A DNA stretch of 64,000 bases from Gammaproteobacteria bacterium (GTDB lineage Bacteria > Pseudomonadota > Gammaproteobacteria > Ga0077536), in contig JBFWYG010000010.1 in NCBI GenBank assembly GCA_050186725.1, positions 37,091-101,090 of the forward strand. The letters are read 5' to 3'. Below are positions 1-8,746 of the stretch, piece after piece. Made by a program: the position numbers and the translations under genes. Under the pieces are notes generated by a model that had not been told where the DNA came from, ran no database searches, and saw only the letters and a list, made by a program, of their open reading frames with translations. Each line of letters starts with the position of its first letter. The first letter of the stretch is position 1.

Positions 1-714
1 CTCGACGCGGTCGGTCACGTGATGCTCAAGGTCACGTCCTACGTGATGCTCGCCGCGCCGTTCGCAGTGTTCGGCGCGATGGCCAGCGCGGTCGCCAAGG
101 ACGGACTCGCGGTGCTCGGCGCCTATGGCGTGTTCATGCTCGAGTTCTACGCGAGCCTGGGCCTCTTGTGGCTGGTGCTGATGGGACTGGGCGTGGCCAT
201 GCTCGGGCCACGCGTGCTGCGCCTGGTGCGGCGTCTGCGCGAGCCGCTCCTGCTCGCGTTCTCGACCGCGAGTTCCGAGGCCGCCTATCCCAAGACCTTG
301 GAGGAGCTCGAACGCTTCGGCGCCAGCCCGCGCATCGCGAGTTTCGTGCTGCCGCTCGGTTATTCGTTCAATCTCGACGGTTCGATGATGTACTGCACCT
401 TCGCGGTGATGTTCATCGCGCAGGTCTACGGCATCGAGCTCGCGCTCGGCGAGCAGCTGGCGATGCTCGCCGTGCTGATGCTGACCTCCAAGGGCATCGC
501 CGGCGTGCCGCGCGCGTCACTGGTGGTGATCGCCGCCACCCTCGCGCAGTTCAACATCCCCGAGGCCGGCCTCCTGCTGCTGCTCGGCGTCGATCACTTC
601 CTCGACATGGGCCGCTCCGCGACCAATGTCATCGGCAACAGCCTGGCTACCGTGCTGGTGTCGCATTGGGAGGGGGAGCTGAAGCACGACGCGCATCGAG
701 AACATGCCCTGTAG
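1..714 (+). CDS. Dicarboxylate/amino acid:cation symporter (DAACS, GltP/DctA family), 5'-truncated by the window edge
   Basis: Frame is open from base 1. It carries the DAACS motifs FSTASSEAAYP, LPLGYSFNLDGS and GVDHFLDMGRSATNVIGN. The stop TAG (712-714) lies inside the GTAG of a REP-like repeat. Confidence 0.93.
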   Translation, partial: LDAVGHVMLKVTSYVMLAAPFAVFGAMASAVAKDGLAVLGAYGVFMLEFYASLGLLWLVLMGLGVAMLGPRVLRLVRRLREPLLLAFSTASSEAAYPKTLEELERFGASPRIASFVLPLGYSFNLDGSMMYCTFAVMFIAQVYGIELALGEQLAMLAVLMLTSKGIAGVPRASLVVIAATLAQFNIPEAGLLLLLGVDHFLDMGRSATNVIGNSLATVLVSHWEGELKHDAHREHAL

Positions 715-784
715 GGCCGATTTCAATCGGCCACGCACGGCGCCTGGTGAGATGCCGTGCATGGCGGGTTGAAACCCGCCCTAC
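711..784. repeat. Inverted pair of GTAG-type REP-like palindromes (REPIN-like)
   Basis: GTAGGGCCGATTTCAATCGGCC (711-732) faces GGCGGGTTGAAACCCGCCCTAC (763-784, reverse complement GTAGGGCGGGTTTCAACCCGCC). The spacer holds a GCACGGC...GCCGTGC hairpin. The same element recurs at 22517-22587. Confidence 0.85.
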
Positions 785-800
785 AGCGCGCTCTAGCAAA

Positions 801-833
801 ACGGGGACAGACCCCGTGCGGGGTCTGTCCCGT
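801..833. repeat. GGGGACAGACCCC-type REP-like inverted repeat between convergent genes
   Basis: ACGGGGACAGACCCCG-TG-CGGGGTCTGTCCCGT; a longer perfect copy lies at 10689-10737. Confidence 0.75.
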
Positions 834-1741
834 CAATCGAACACCGCGAACAATTCCTCGAAGGCCTGCAGCTGGCCGCCGTTGGCGGAGCTCGGCACGA
901 GTATCGGGGTCTTCACGCCGGCGTCGTACCAGCGCGCGAGCTCTTCGCGGATGCGCGACGGCGGGCCGGCCAGCGTGGTGTCGTCCAGCCACTGGTCGCT
1001 GAGCGCCTCGCCCACGCGGTCCAGCCGCTGCTCGGCGACGCAGCGTTCCACCGCGTCCATCTCCGCGCCGTAGCCGGCTTCGCGCCAGTAATTGCGGTAG
1101 TTGGGCAGCAGCGCGTAGCTCGACAGGGTCTTGCGGTTGATGGCGCGCGCGGTGGCGAGGTCGTCGTGCACGCAGGTCGGAATCATGTTGGCGATGAAGA
1201 ACGCATCGTCGGCGCGCCTCGTAGCCGGCACCGTCGCCAGCGAGAAGGCCATGTGGCTGCGCGCGGCGTTGGCGAACACCAGGCCGTCGCCCAGTTCCAC
1301 CGCGAGCGCGATCATGCGTCGGCGCAGCGTCGCGAGCACCAGCGGCGGCAGGGCGCCCGCGCGATTCGCGGCGCGGTAGGCGGTGACGAAGGCGCGGGTG
1401 TCCTCCAGTGGCCTGCCGCCGGCGAGCCCGCGAGTAGCGAGCGAGGGCGCGTGGGCGACGCCGATACCGAAGCGGAAGCGGCCGGGCGCGAGTTCGTGGA
1501 TGAAGGCGGTAGTCTGCGCGTAGTCCTCCGCCTGCCGGAAATAGATCGGCTGCACCGTGGTGCCGAAGGGAATGGTGTCGGTGACCAGCGCGAGCGCTTC
1601 GCACAGCGCGAGGCCGTCGCCGAAGCTCGGACAGTAGAGTCCGGCGTAGCCGCGGGCTTCGATTTCCTTGGCGAGCGCCAGCGTGCGCTGGCGACGGCCG
1701 GGGACGGCGGCGAGACTGAGAGCGGGTTTCGCGAGCGACAT
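833..1741 (-). CDS. LLM class (luciferase-like) flavin-dependent oxidoreductase
   Basis: 302 aa with LLM hallmarks: A.EIEARGYAGLY, ALALVTDTIPFGTTV, GRFRFGIGV, LATLRRRMIALAVELGDG and a C-terminal LAGPPSRIREEL...DAGV. Confidence 0.85.
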   Translation of the reverse strand: MSLAKPALSLAAVPGRRQRTLALAKEIEARGYAGLYCPSFGDGLALCEALALVTDTIPFGTTVQPIYFRQAEDYAQTTAFIHELAPGRFRFGIGVAHAPSLATRGLAGGRPLEDTRAFVTAYRAANRAGALPPLVLATLRRRMIALAVELGDGLVFANAARSHMAFSLATVPATRRADDAFFIANMIPTCVHDDLATARAINRKTLSSYALLPNYRNYWREAGYGAEMDAVERCVAEQRLDRVGEALSDQWLDDTTLAGPPSRIREELARWYDAGVKTPILVPSSANGGQLQAFEELFAVFD

Positions 1742-1767
1742 GCCGGGCTACCTGCGCGGGTGGAGAT

Positions 1768-1787
1768 GGCGGTCATTGTAGACCGCC
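1768..1787 (-). promoter_or_regulatory. 7-bp inverted repeat enclosing a TACAAT (-10-like) hexamer upstream of the LLM gene
   Basis: Minus strand reads GGCGGTC-TACAAT-GACCGCC, about 27 nt upstream of the LLM start and about 24 nt past the rhlE stop. Confidence 0.35.
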
Positions 1788-1810
1788 GATCCGCGCGGGC
1801 GACCCGGCCG

Positions 1811-3166
1811 TCAGGCGGCCGGGCGACGCGGCGCCTGGGCGTGGCGGGCCTGGACGTTGCCGTTGACGTTGCCGTTGCCATTACCGCCGCCACCGCCACG
1901 CTTGCGGCGCCGCTTGCGCTGCTGGCCGCCGGGGGCGTCCTTGGTTTCCTTGCGCGGCGCAGCCGGCTGCTGCGCGCGAGCGCGGCGCTCCTGCTGCTCG
2001 GCGACGCGATCGGCGCCGAGCGCCTGCGCGGTCTGCGGCACGAAGCCGGCGGCTTCCGCCACCGGCAGGCGACGCTTCACCAGCCGCTCGATGGCGCGCA
2101 GCTGCGAGGTCTCCTCGCGATCGACCAGCGATACGGCATGGCCGTCGGCGCCGGCGCGCCCGGTGCGACCGATGCGATGCACGTAGTCTTCCGGCACGTG
2201 GGGCAGCTCGAAATTCACCACCTGCGGCAGCTGGTCGATGTCCAGGCCACGCGCGGCGATGTCGGTCGCGACCAGTACCTGGATGCGGTTCGACTTGAAG
2301 TCCTCCAGCGCGCGGGTGCGGGCGTTCTGGCTCTTGTTGCCGTGGATCGCGGCGGCGTCGATGTCCTCGCGGGCGAGCTTCCGCGCGAGGCGATCGGCGC
2401 CGTGCTTGGTGCGGGTGAAGACCAGCACCTGGTGCCAGCCGTGGAGCTTGATCAGGTGCGCGAGCAGCGCCGGCTTCTGGTCCTGTTCGACGTGGTAGAT
2501 CTCCTGGGTCACGGTGTCGGCGGCGACGCGCTCGGGGGTGACGGTGATCTCCTGCGGCTGGTGCAAGAGGCCCTGCGCGAGCTGGCGGATGTCGGGATTG
2601 AAGGTCGCCGAGAACAGCAGGTTCTGGCGCTTGGTCGGCAGCAGCCTCAGCACCTTGCGGATGTCGTGGATGAAGCCCATGTCGAGCATGCGGTCGGCTT
2701 CGTCCAGGATCAGCACCTCGAGGTGCTTGAAGTTGACCTCGCCCTGGCTGTGCAGGTCGAGCAGGCGGCCCGGGGTCGCGACCAGGATGTCCAGGCCGCG
2801 GCGCAGGACGTCGATCTGCGGATTGATGCCGACGCCGCCGAACACCACCGCGCTCTTGAGCTTGAGGTGCGCGCCATACTGCACCAGGCATTCCTGGATC
2901 TGCGCGGCGAGTTCACGGGTGGGGGCGAGGATCAGCGCGCGCGGCGCGCGGCGCTGTGCGTCCAGGTCGGCCGCCAGGCGCTGCAGCAGGGGCAGCGCGA
3001 AGGCGGCGGTCTTGCCGGTGCCGGTCTGGGCGGCGGCCATCAGGTCGCGGCCGGACAGCACCGCCGGAATGGCCTGGCGCTGGATCGGGGTTGGCGTGGT
3101 ATAGCCTTGCGCTTCGACCGCGCGCAGCAGGGTCTCGGCCAGGCCGAGTGAGGCAAATGTGGTCAA
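1811..3166 (-). CDS. rhlE: DEAD-box ATP-dependent RNA helicase, RhlE type
   Basis: Q motif FASLGL...[49 protein letters not shown] and [10 protein letters not shown], with a basic Gly/Arg tail. Start re-set to TTG at 3166; the ORF-track extension to 3493 is non-homologous. Confidence 0.92.
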   Translation of the reverse strand: MTTFASLGLAETLLRAVEAQGYTTPTPIQRQAIPAVLSGRDLMAAAQTGTGKTAAFALPLLQRLAADLDAQRRAPRALILAPTRELAAQIQECLVQYGAHLKLKSAVVFGGVGINPQIDVLRRGLDILVATPGRLLDLHSQGEVNFKHLEVLILDEADRMLDMGFIHDIRKVLRLLPTKRQNLLFSATFNPDIRQLAQGLLHQPQEITVTPERVAADTVTQEIYHVEQDQKPALLAHLIKLHGWHQVLVFTRTKHGADRLARKLAREDIDAAAIHGNKSQNARTRALEDFKSNRIQVLVATDIAARGLDIDQLPQVVNFELPHVPEDYVHRIGRTGRAGADGHAVSLVDREETSQLRAIERLVKRRLPVAEAAGFVPQTAQALGADRVAEQQERRARAQQPAAPRKETKDAPGGQQRKRRRKRGGGGGNGNGNVNGNVQARHAQAPRRPAA

Positions 3167-3318
3167 TGTATGGAACCTTGCGAAAGTGCCGGCACGCGCT
3201 GCCGGCGATGCGGGTGTGTCGAGACGACGCGCGTTGTCAGGGCGGGCAGGACACCAGCGGCACGTCGCCGCTGCGGCGCCAAGCTTAGCCCATATGGCGG
3301 CCGCAGGCGAGGCGCGCT

Positions 3319-3921
3319 TCAGTTCATGCGGATGTTGAAGGCCACCGAGACCCGCGCTTCGTCGGTCTGGTTGGGCGTCACCCAGTGCCGGAGCCAGCCG
3401 GGGAAGAACAGCACGTCGCCCTCCGCGGGCGTGATGCTCACGGCCTGTTCCATCAGCGGCGTGCTGGAGCCGAGCTTGGTGAAGCAGCGCCAATGGGAGG
3501 TCGGGCTGCCTTCGCGCGCATCGAGAAACTGGATCATGCCCTGGTCGGCGCGGTCGATCTTGAGGTAGACGCAGCCGGACAGCACCGCGTCGGGATGGGT
3601 GTGCAGGCTATTGAAGTTGCCACGTCGGTTGACGTTGGCCCACAACAGGCCGTCGTCGAACACACCGCGCGGCGAGAATTCCGGCGCCACCTGGTTGGCG
3701 AGCGCCATGATGCGGCCGATGAGCCAGCCGAACTCGGCGTGGCGATAGAGGTCGTCATCGCTCTGCCAGCCGCCGAAGTTCGAGCGCTCGACACCCTCGG
3801 CCGCCGCTTCCAGCGCTTCGATGCGAGCCAGCATGGCGGCGCGCTGGGCAGGCCAGTCCGGGGTATCCGCCGCCAGGTTGGTCCGCCACACCGGCGTATA
3901 GAAGAGCCGCATTTCCTGCAT
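3319..3921 (-). CDS. Putative 2OG-Fe(II) oxygenase (TIGR02466-like)
   Basis: [36 protein letters not shown] and RVSVAFN give the HxH...H...RxS facial-triad pattern. A GGAGG RBS precedes the ATG at 3921. Confidence 0.8.
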   Translation of the reverse strand: MQEMRLFYTPVWRTNLAADTPDWPAQRAAMLARIEALEAAAEGVERSNFGGWQSDDDLYRHAEFGWLIGRIMALANQVAPEFSPRGVFDDGLLWANVNRRGNFNSLHTHPDAVLSGCVYLKIDRADQGMIQFLDAREGSPTSHWRCFTKLGSSTPLMEQAVSITPAEGDVLFFPGWLRHWVTPNQTDEARVSVAFNIRMN

Positions 3922-4007
3922 CGCGAGCCTCCTGTGTCGCGCGGTGGTCGTCATGGTCGAAGCCGCGATTCTAGGGCAGGTCGATGGGGTGGCGCAGGGT
4001 CTCTTTT

Positions 4008-4046
4008 GCTACAAAATTCTTGACCCGTCGGATTATTCTGTAATAC
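4008..4046 (+). promoter_or_regulatory. AT-rich paaA promoter region with candidate PaaX-type inverted half-sites
   Basis: TTGACC at 4020-4025 and TAATAC at 4041-4046 (15-nt spacer, short). GCTACA (4008-4013) and TGTAAT (4039-4044) form an inverted pair 25 nt apart. Confidence 0.4.
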
Positions 4047-4103
4047 GTTTTGCCCATCCGCCGCGGGCCACGTCACCCGCCCCACCACACGAGGCTGCCC
4101 CCC

Positions 4104-5057
4104 ATGGCCGACCACCTCACCGATTCCCTGGCCCGTTTCGAGCGCACCATCGCCGCCGAAGAAAAGATCGAGCCGCGCGACTGGATGCCGGACAAGTACC
4201 GCCTGAACCTCATCCGCCAGATCTCGCAGCACGCGCATTCCGAGGTCGTCGGCCAGCTCCCCGAGGGCAACTGGATCACCCGCGCGCCGAGCCTGCGGCG
4301 CAAGGCCATCCTGCTCGCCAAGGTGCAGGACGAAGCCGGACATGGTCTGTACCTCTACAGCGCGGCCGAGACCTTGGGCGTGTCGCGCGAGCAGATGCTG
4401 GACGATCTGCTGGCGGCCAAGGCCAAGTACGCGAGCATCTTCAACTACCCGACCTTGTCCTGGGCCGACGTCGGCGCCATCGGCTGGCTGGTCGACGGCG
4501 CGGCGATCGTCAACCAGATCTCGCTCTGCCGCACCTCCTACGGCCCCTATGCGCGCGCCATGGTGCGCATCTGCAAGGAAGAGAGTTTCCACCAGCGCCA
4601 GGGCTTCGAAATCATGCAGACGCTGGCGGCGGGCACGCCCGAGCAGAAGGCCATGGCGCAGGACGCGCTCGACCGCTGGTGGTGGCCGACCCTGATGATG
4701 TTCGGCCCGCACGACGCCGAGTCGGCCCACACCCAGCAGTCCATGCAGTGGAAGATCAAGCGCCAGTCGAACGACGAACTGCGGCAGAAGTTCGTCGACC
4801 AGACCGCCCAGCAGGCCGCGCACATCGGCCTCGTCATTCCCGACCCCGACCTTAAGTGGAACGAAGCGCGCGGCCATTACGACTTCGGCGAGATCGACTG
4901 GGATGAATTCAACCGTGTCCTGAACGGCCACGGGCCGTGCAACCGCGCGCGTCTCGCCGCGCGACGCAAGGCCCACGAGGACGGTCAGTGGGTGCGCGAC
5001 GCGATGATGGCGCATGCGGACAAACAGGCGGCCCGCGCGCGCGGCGTCGCGGCCTGA
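4104..5057 (+). CDS. paaA: Phenylacetyl-CoA 1,2-epoxidase catalytic subunit A
   Basis: [64 protein letters not shown] and ALDRWWWP (di-iron ligands). Confidence 0.97.
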   Translation: MADHLTDSLARFERTIAAEEKIEPRDWMPDKYRLNLIRQISQHAHSEVVGQLPEGNWITRAPSLRRKAILLAKVQDEAGHGLYLYSAAETLGVSREQMLDDLLAAKAKYASIFNYPTLSWADVGAIGWLVDGAAIVNQISLCRTSYGPYARAMVRICKEESFHQRQGFEIMQTLAAGTPEQKAMAQDALDRWWWPTLMMFGPHDAESAHTQQSMQWKIKRQSNDELRQKFVDQTAQQAAHIGLVIPDPDLKWNEARGHYDFGEIDWDEFNRVLNGHGPCNRARLAARRKAHEDGQWVRDAMMAHADKQAARARGVAA

Positions 5058-5071
5058 GAGGGAGAGCACCG

Positions 5072-5356
5072 ATGAGCAGCAAGCATCTGCCGCTGTGGGA
5101 AGTCTTCATCCGCAGCCGGCGCGGCCTCGATCACAAGCACATCGGCAGCCTGCACGCGGCCGATCCCGAACAGGCGCTGCAGGCCGCGCGTGACACCTAC
5201 ACGCGCCGCCAGGAGGGCGTGAGCATCTGGGTGGTGCGTTCCTCCGACATCCACGCCAGCCAGTTCGAGGACGAGGCCGCGTTCTTCGACCCGGCGGCGG
5301 ACAAGATCTACCGCCACCCGACCTTCTACGACGTGCCCGAAGAGTTGAAGCTGTGA
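5072..5356 (+). CDS. paaB: Phenylacetyl-CoA epoxidase subunit B
   Basis: PLWEVFIRSRRGLDHKHIGSLHAAD...ARDTYTRRQEGVSIWVV...KIYRHPTFY. Confidence 0.96.
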   Translation: MSSKHLPLWEVFIRSRRGLDHKHIGSLHAADPEQALQAARDTYTRRQEGVSIWVVRSSDIHASQFEDEAAFFDPAADKIYRHPTFYDVPEELKL

Positions 5357-6105
5357 ACGCCGCGCACTACGAGTACGTGCGGCGCCTCGGCGACAACGCG
5401 CTGGTGCTCGGTCAGCGCCTGTCAGAGTGGTGCGGCCACAGCCCGTTCCTCGAAGAAGACATCGCGATGGCCAACACCGCGCTCGATCTGATCGGGCGCG
5501 CGCGCATGCTCTACAGCCACGCGGCCGAACTCGAGGGACGAGGTCGCGACGAGGACGCGCTGGCCTACGGGCGCGACGAGCGCGAGTTCGGCAATTTCCT
5601 CATGTGCGAACTGCCGAAGGGTGACTACGCCTTCACCCTGGTGCGCCAGTACCTGCTGGACGTCTATCACCATCGCCTGTTCACCGCGCTCACCACCTCC
5701 AGTGACGAGACGCTCGCGGCGATCGCCGCCAAGGCGGTGAAGGAGGCGGCCTACCACCTGCGCCGCAGCGGTGACTGGGTGGTGCGCCTCGGCGACGGCA
5801 CCGACGAGAGCCGCAATCGCTGCCAGGCGGCGCTGGACGAACTGTGGGGCTACACCGAGGAACTCTTCGCCGGTGACGCGGTGGACGCGGCCGTGGCGGA
5901 GGCCGGCATCGGCGTGGCGCCCGCGTCGCTCGCCGAGGGCTGGCGCGCGGAGGTCGAGGCCCTGTTCGCCCGCGCGGGGCTCAGCGTGCCGCGCGACGAC
6001 TGGCAGGCGAGCGGCGGACGCGCCGGCCTCCACACCGAGCACATGGGTCGCCTGCTCGCCGAACTGCAGTTCGTGCAGCGCGCCTACCCGGGTGCGCGGT
6101 GGTAA
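5353..6105 (+). CDS. paaC: Phenylacetyl-CoA epoxidase subunit C
   Basis: RLGDNALVLGQRLSEWCGHSPFLEEDIAMANTALDLIG, AAKAVKEAAYH, WVVRLGDGTDES and HTEHMGRLLAELQFVQRAYPGARW. GTG start overlaps the paaB stop. Confidence 0.96.
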   Translation: MNAAHYEYVRRLGDNALVLGQRLSEWCGHSPFLEEDIAMANTALDLIGRARMLYSHAAELEGRGRDEDALAYGRDEREFGNFLMCELPKGDYAFTLVRQYLLDVYHHRLFTALTTSSDETLAAIAAKAVKEAAYHLRRSGDWVVRLGDGTDESRNRCQAALDELWGYTEELFAGDAVDAAVAEAGIGVAPASLAEGWRAEVEALFARAGLSVPRDDWQASGGRAGLHTEHMGRLLAELQFVQRAYPGARW

Positions 6106-6611
6106 TGGCGACCGGGCGCCCCACCGGCAGCGCGACCGTCGAGGCGACGGTGCGCGCGCTGCTGGAGGACGTGCGCGATCCCGAGATCCCGGTGCTGACG
6201 CTGGCAGATCTCGGTGTGCTGCGTGACGTGGCGGTGGAGGGCGGTCGCGTGACGGTCACGATCACGCCGACCTACAGCGGCTGTCCGGCCATGCACACCA
6301 TGGAACAGGACGTGCGTCAGGTGCTGGCCGAGGCCGGCTATCGCGACGTGGTGGTCAAGACCCGCCTCGCGCCGGCCTGGACCACCGACTGGCTGACGCC
6401 GACGGCCCACGCCAAGCTGCGCTCGGTCGGCATCGCGCCGCCGGCCAACGTCACCACTGACAAGCGCGTGCTGCTCGGCGAGGACGTGCCCTGTCCGCGC
6501 TGCGCCTCGCGCCGGACCGAGAAAGTGAGCGAGTTCGGCTCCACTGCCTGCAAGGCGCTGTATCGCTGCCGCGACTGTCTCGAACCCTTCGACTATTTCA
6601 AGTGCCTGTGA
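6105..6611 (+). CDS. paaD: Phenylacetyl-CoA epoxidase subunit D (Fe-S maturation, SufT/DUF59-like)
   Basis: VRDPEIPVLTLADLG, ITPTYSGCPAM, PAWTTDW, CPRCAS, SEFGSTACKALYRC..CLEPFDYFKC. TAATG overlap with paaC. Confidence 0.95.
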   Translation: MATGRPTGSATVEATVRALLEDVRDPEIPVLTLADLGVLRDVAVEGGRVTVTITPTYSGCPAMHTMEQDVRQVLAEAGYRDVVVKTRLAPAWTTDWLTPTAHAKLRSVGIAPPANVTTDKRVLLGEDVPCPRCASRRTEKVSEFGSTACKALYRCRDCLEPFDYFKCL

Positions 6612-6633
6612 TTGACGGGCCACGAGGACTGCC

Positions 6634-7728
6634 ATGGTCGCCGCCGGTTTTCATTCCCTGACCATCGCCGAGGTGCAACGCGAGACCGAGGACGCTGTGT
6701 GCCTGCGCTTCGAGGTCCCGCCGGCGCTGGCCGCGACCTTCGCCTTCACGCAAGGGCAGTACCTGACGTTACGCCGCGACCTCGACGGCGAGGACGTGCG
6801 CCGCTCCTATTCCATCTGCAGCGGTGTCGATGACGGTGAACTGCGCGTGGCGGTGAAGCGCATCGAGGGCGGGCGGTTCTCCACCTGGGCGAACGACGAA
6901 CTCACCGTCGGTACCGCGGTGGAGGTCATGCCGCCCGCGGGCAGCTTTCACACGCCGCTCGCCGCCGAGCATGACAAGAACTACCTGTGCATCGCCGCGG
7001 GCAGTGGCATCACGCCGGTGCTGTCCATCGTCAAGTCCATCCTGTCGCGCGAACCGCGCAGCCACGTGACCCTGCTCTATGGCAACCAGAAGGTCGCGAG
7101 CATCATGTTCCGCGAAACGCTGGAGCGGCTGAAGAATCGCTACATGGCGCGCTTTCAGCTGATTCACGTGCTGTCGCGCGAACATCGCGACGTCGACATC
7201 CTGAACGGCCGCATCGACAACCGCAAAGGCGCGGCCTTGTGCCGCAACCTGCTCGATCTCTCCGCGGTGGACGAATTCTTCCTGTGCGGACCGGAGGGCA
7301 TGATCTCCGAAGTCTCGCGTGGACTGCGCGGCGCTGGCGTCGACGAGGCGCGCATCCATTACGAGCTGTTCGGCGCCTCCGCGGCCGATGCGGCGGCCGC
7401 CATCCTGCGCCACCAGGCGCGCGCGCGGCGCTATGGCGGCAAGGTGAGCCGCGTGACGGTCAAGGCCGACGGCCGCGAGACGGTGTTCGACCTCTCGCCG
7501 GACGGCGAGAACATCCTCGACGCGGCGCTCGAAGCGGGCGTCGATCTGCCGTTCGCCTGCAAGGGTGGCGCCTGCGCGACCTGCAAGGCGCGCGTCACCC
7601 ACGGCGAAGTGGAGATGGATGTGCGCCACGCGCTGGAGGACAGCGAGATCGCCGCCGGCTTCGTCTTGAGCTGCCAGGCGCATCCGCTGTCCGACGAGGT
7701 CACCCTGGACTTCGATCGCGCGGTGTGA
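6634..7728 (+). CDS. paaE: Phenylacetyl-CoA epoxidase reductase subunit E (FAD/NAD-binding plus 2Fe-2S)
   Basis: RRSYSIC, AAGSGITP, FFLCGP and the C-terminal ferredoxin LPFACKGGACATC...VLSCQA. Confidence 0.95.
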   Translation: MVAAGFHSLTIAEVQRETEDAVCLRFEVPPALAATFAFTQGQYLTLRRDLDGEDVRRSYSICSGVDDGELRVAVKRIEGGRFSTWANDELTVGTAVEVMPPAGSFHTPLAAEHDKNYLCIAAGSGITPVLSIVKSILSREPRSHVTLLYGNQKVASIMFRETLERLKNRYMARFQLIHVLSREHRDVDILNGRIDNRKGAALCRNLLDLSAVDEFFLCGPEGMISEVSRGLRGAGVDEARIHYELFGASAADAAAAILRHQARARRYGGKVSRVTVKADGRETVFDLSPDGENILDAALEAGVDLPFACKGGACATCKARVTHGEVEMDVRHALEDSEIAAGFVLSCQAHPLSDEVTLDFDRAV

Positions 7729-8666
7729 GCGTGGGACGGGCCGGCGCCGGCGCGCCGCTCGCCGCGGCGCTGGACACCCTTGCGCGGTCGCTCGCGCCGC
7801 GCGCCGGCTCGCTGGCCGTCACCCTGTTCGGCGACGTGATCGCGCCGCAGGGCAACAGCGTGTGGCTCGGCGACCTGGTGGCGGCGATGCGCGACTTCGG
7901 TCTGAACGAGCGCCAGGCGCGCACCGCGCTGTTTCGCCTGGTGCGCGAAGGCTGGCTGGAAGCGCGCGCCGTGGGACGACGCAGCCTCTACGCCTACACC
8001 GCGTGGGGACAGCGCCAGTACGCGCGCGCCGCGGAACGCATCTATGCCGCCGGGACGCCCGCCTGGGACGGGCAGTGGACCCTGGTGTCGAATGTCGCGC
8101 TCGCGCCCGCGATGCGCGACGAATTGAAGCGTCGACTCGGCTGGCTCGGCTTTGGCGCGCTTGGCGCCGGCCTGCTCGCCCATCCACGCGCGCCGCGCGC
8201 GGCGCTGACCGACACGCTGCGCGAACTCGAGTGCAGCGAGCAGGTGGTGGTGTGGCACGCCACGGCCGCGCTGGACGCACCGCTCGTGAGCCTGGTGCGC
8301 GGCGCCTGGCGGCTGGACGAACTCGGCCAGCGCTTCGCGGATTTCGTCGCGCGCTTCCAGCCCTTCGAGGCCCTGCTGCACGGCGAGGTCGCGCCCAGCG
8401 AGGCCTTCCTGCTGCGCGTGCTGCTGGTGCACGAGTACCGGCGTATCCTGCTGCGCAGCGCCGATCTGCCACCCGAACTCTTGCCCGGCGCCTGGCCCGG
8501 GCACGCGGCGCGCGCACTGGCCTCGCGCCTCTACCAGGCGCTGCATTCGCCGGCCTGCCTGCACGCGAGCGCGGCGCTCGCGAACGAGCACGGGCCGCTG
8601 CCGGCGCCGGACGCGGCCTTTGTCACGCGCTTCGGCGGACTCGTCGCCGACCCTCGAAACGGCTGA
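7725..8666 (+). CDS. paaX: PaaX family transcriptional repressor (phenylacetyl-CoA responsive)
   Basis: GSLAVTLFGD, VWLGDLV, RTALFRLVREGWL, AAERIY, WDGQWTLV, LGWLGFG, AWRLDELGQRF and LVHEYRRILLRSADLPPELLP. GTG start overlaps the paaE stop; exact start is uncertain. Confidence 0.92.
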   Translation: MSVGRAGAGAPLAAALDTLARSLAPRAGSLAVTLFGDVIAPQGNSVWLGDLVAAMRDFGLNERQARTALFRLVREGWLEARAVGRRSLYAYTAWGQRQYARAAERIYAAGTPAWDGQWTLVSNVALAPAMRDELKRRLGWLGFGALGAGLLAHPRAPRAALTDTLRELECSEQVVVWHATAALDAPLVSLVRGAWRLDELGQRFADFVARFQPFEALLHGEVAPSEAFLLRVLLVHEYRRILLRSADLPPELLPGAWPGHAARALASRLYQALHSPACLHASAALANEHGPLPAPDAAFVTRFGGLVADPRNG

Positions 8667-8746
8667 CGCTTGCATGGCTATTTGCGCGAGCCGCCACTAG
8701 CATTAGGCACCCCGGCGCCCAAGCCGGCCTGCGAGGTTTCAGCGTC

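Noticed and set aside
1850-1905. GTTGCC/GTTGAC hexamer run encoding [14 protein letters not shown] in the RhlE tail
   Set aside because: Low-complexity Gly/Asn/Arg tails are normal for RhlE-type helicases; nothing beyond simple slippage is evident.
1166-3151. 661-aa plus-strand ORF, and similar long ORFs such as 7431-8675, 12586-13908, 25677-27788, 46529-47710 and 61460-63055
   Set aside because: They are antisense or off-frame shadows of well-supported genes, expected in very GC-rich DNA, with Arg/Ala/Gly-rich translations and no motifs.
7862-8746. N-terminal extension making the P450 a 771-aa fusion
   Set aside because: The extension is an alternative frame over paaX; P450 homology begins at the ATG at 8747.
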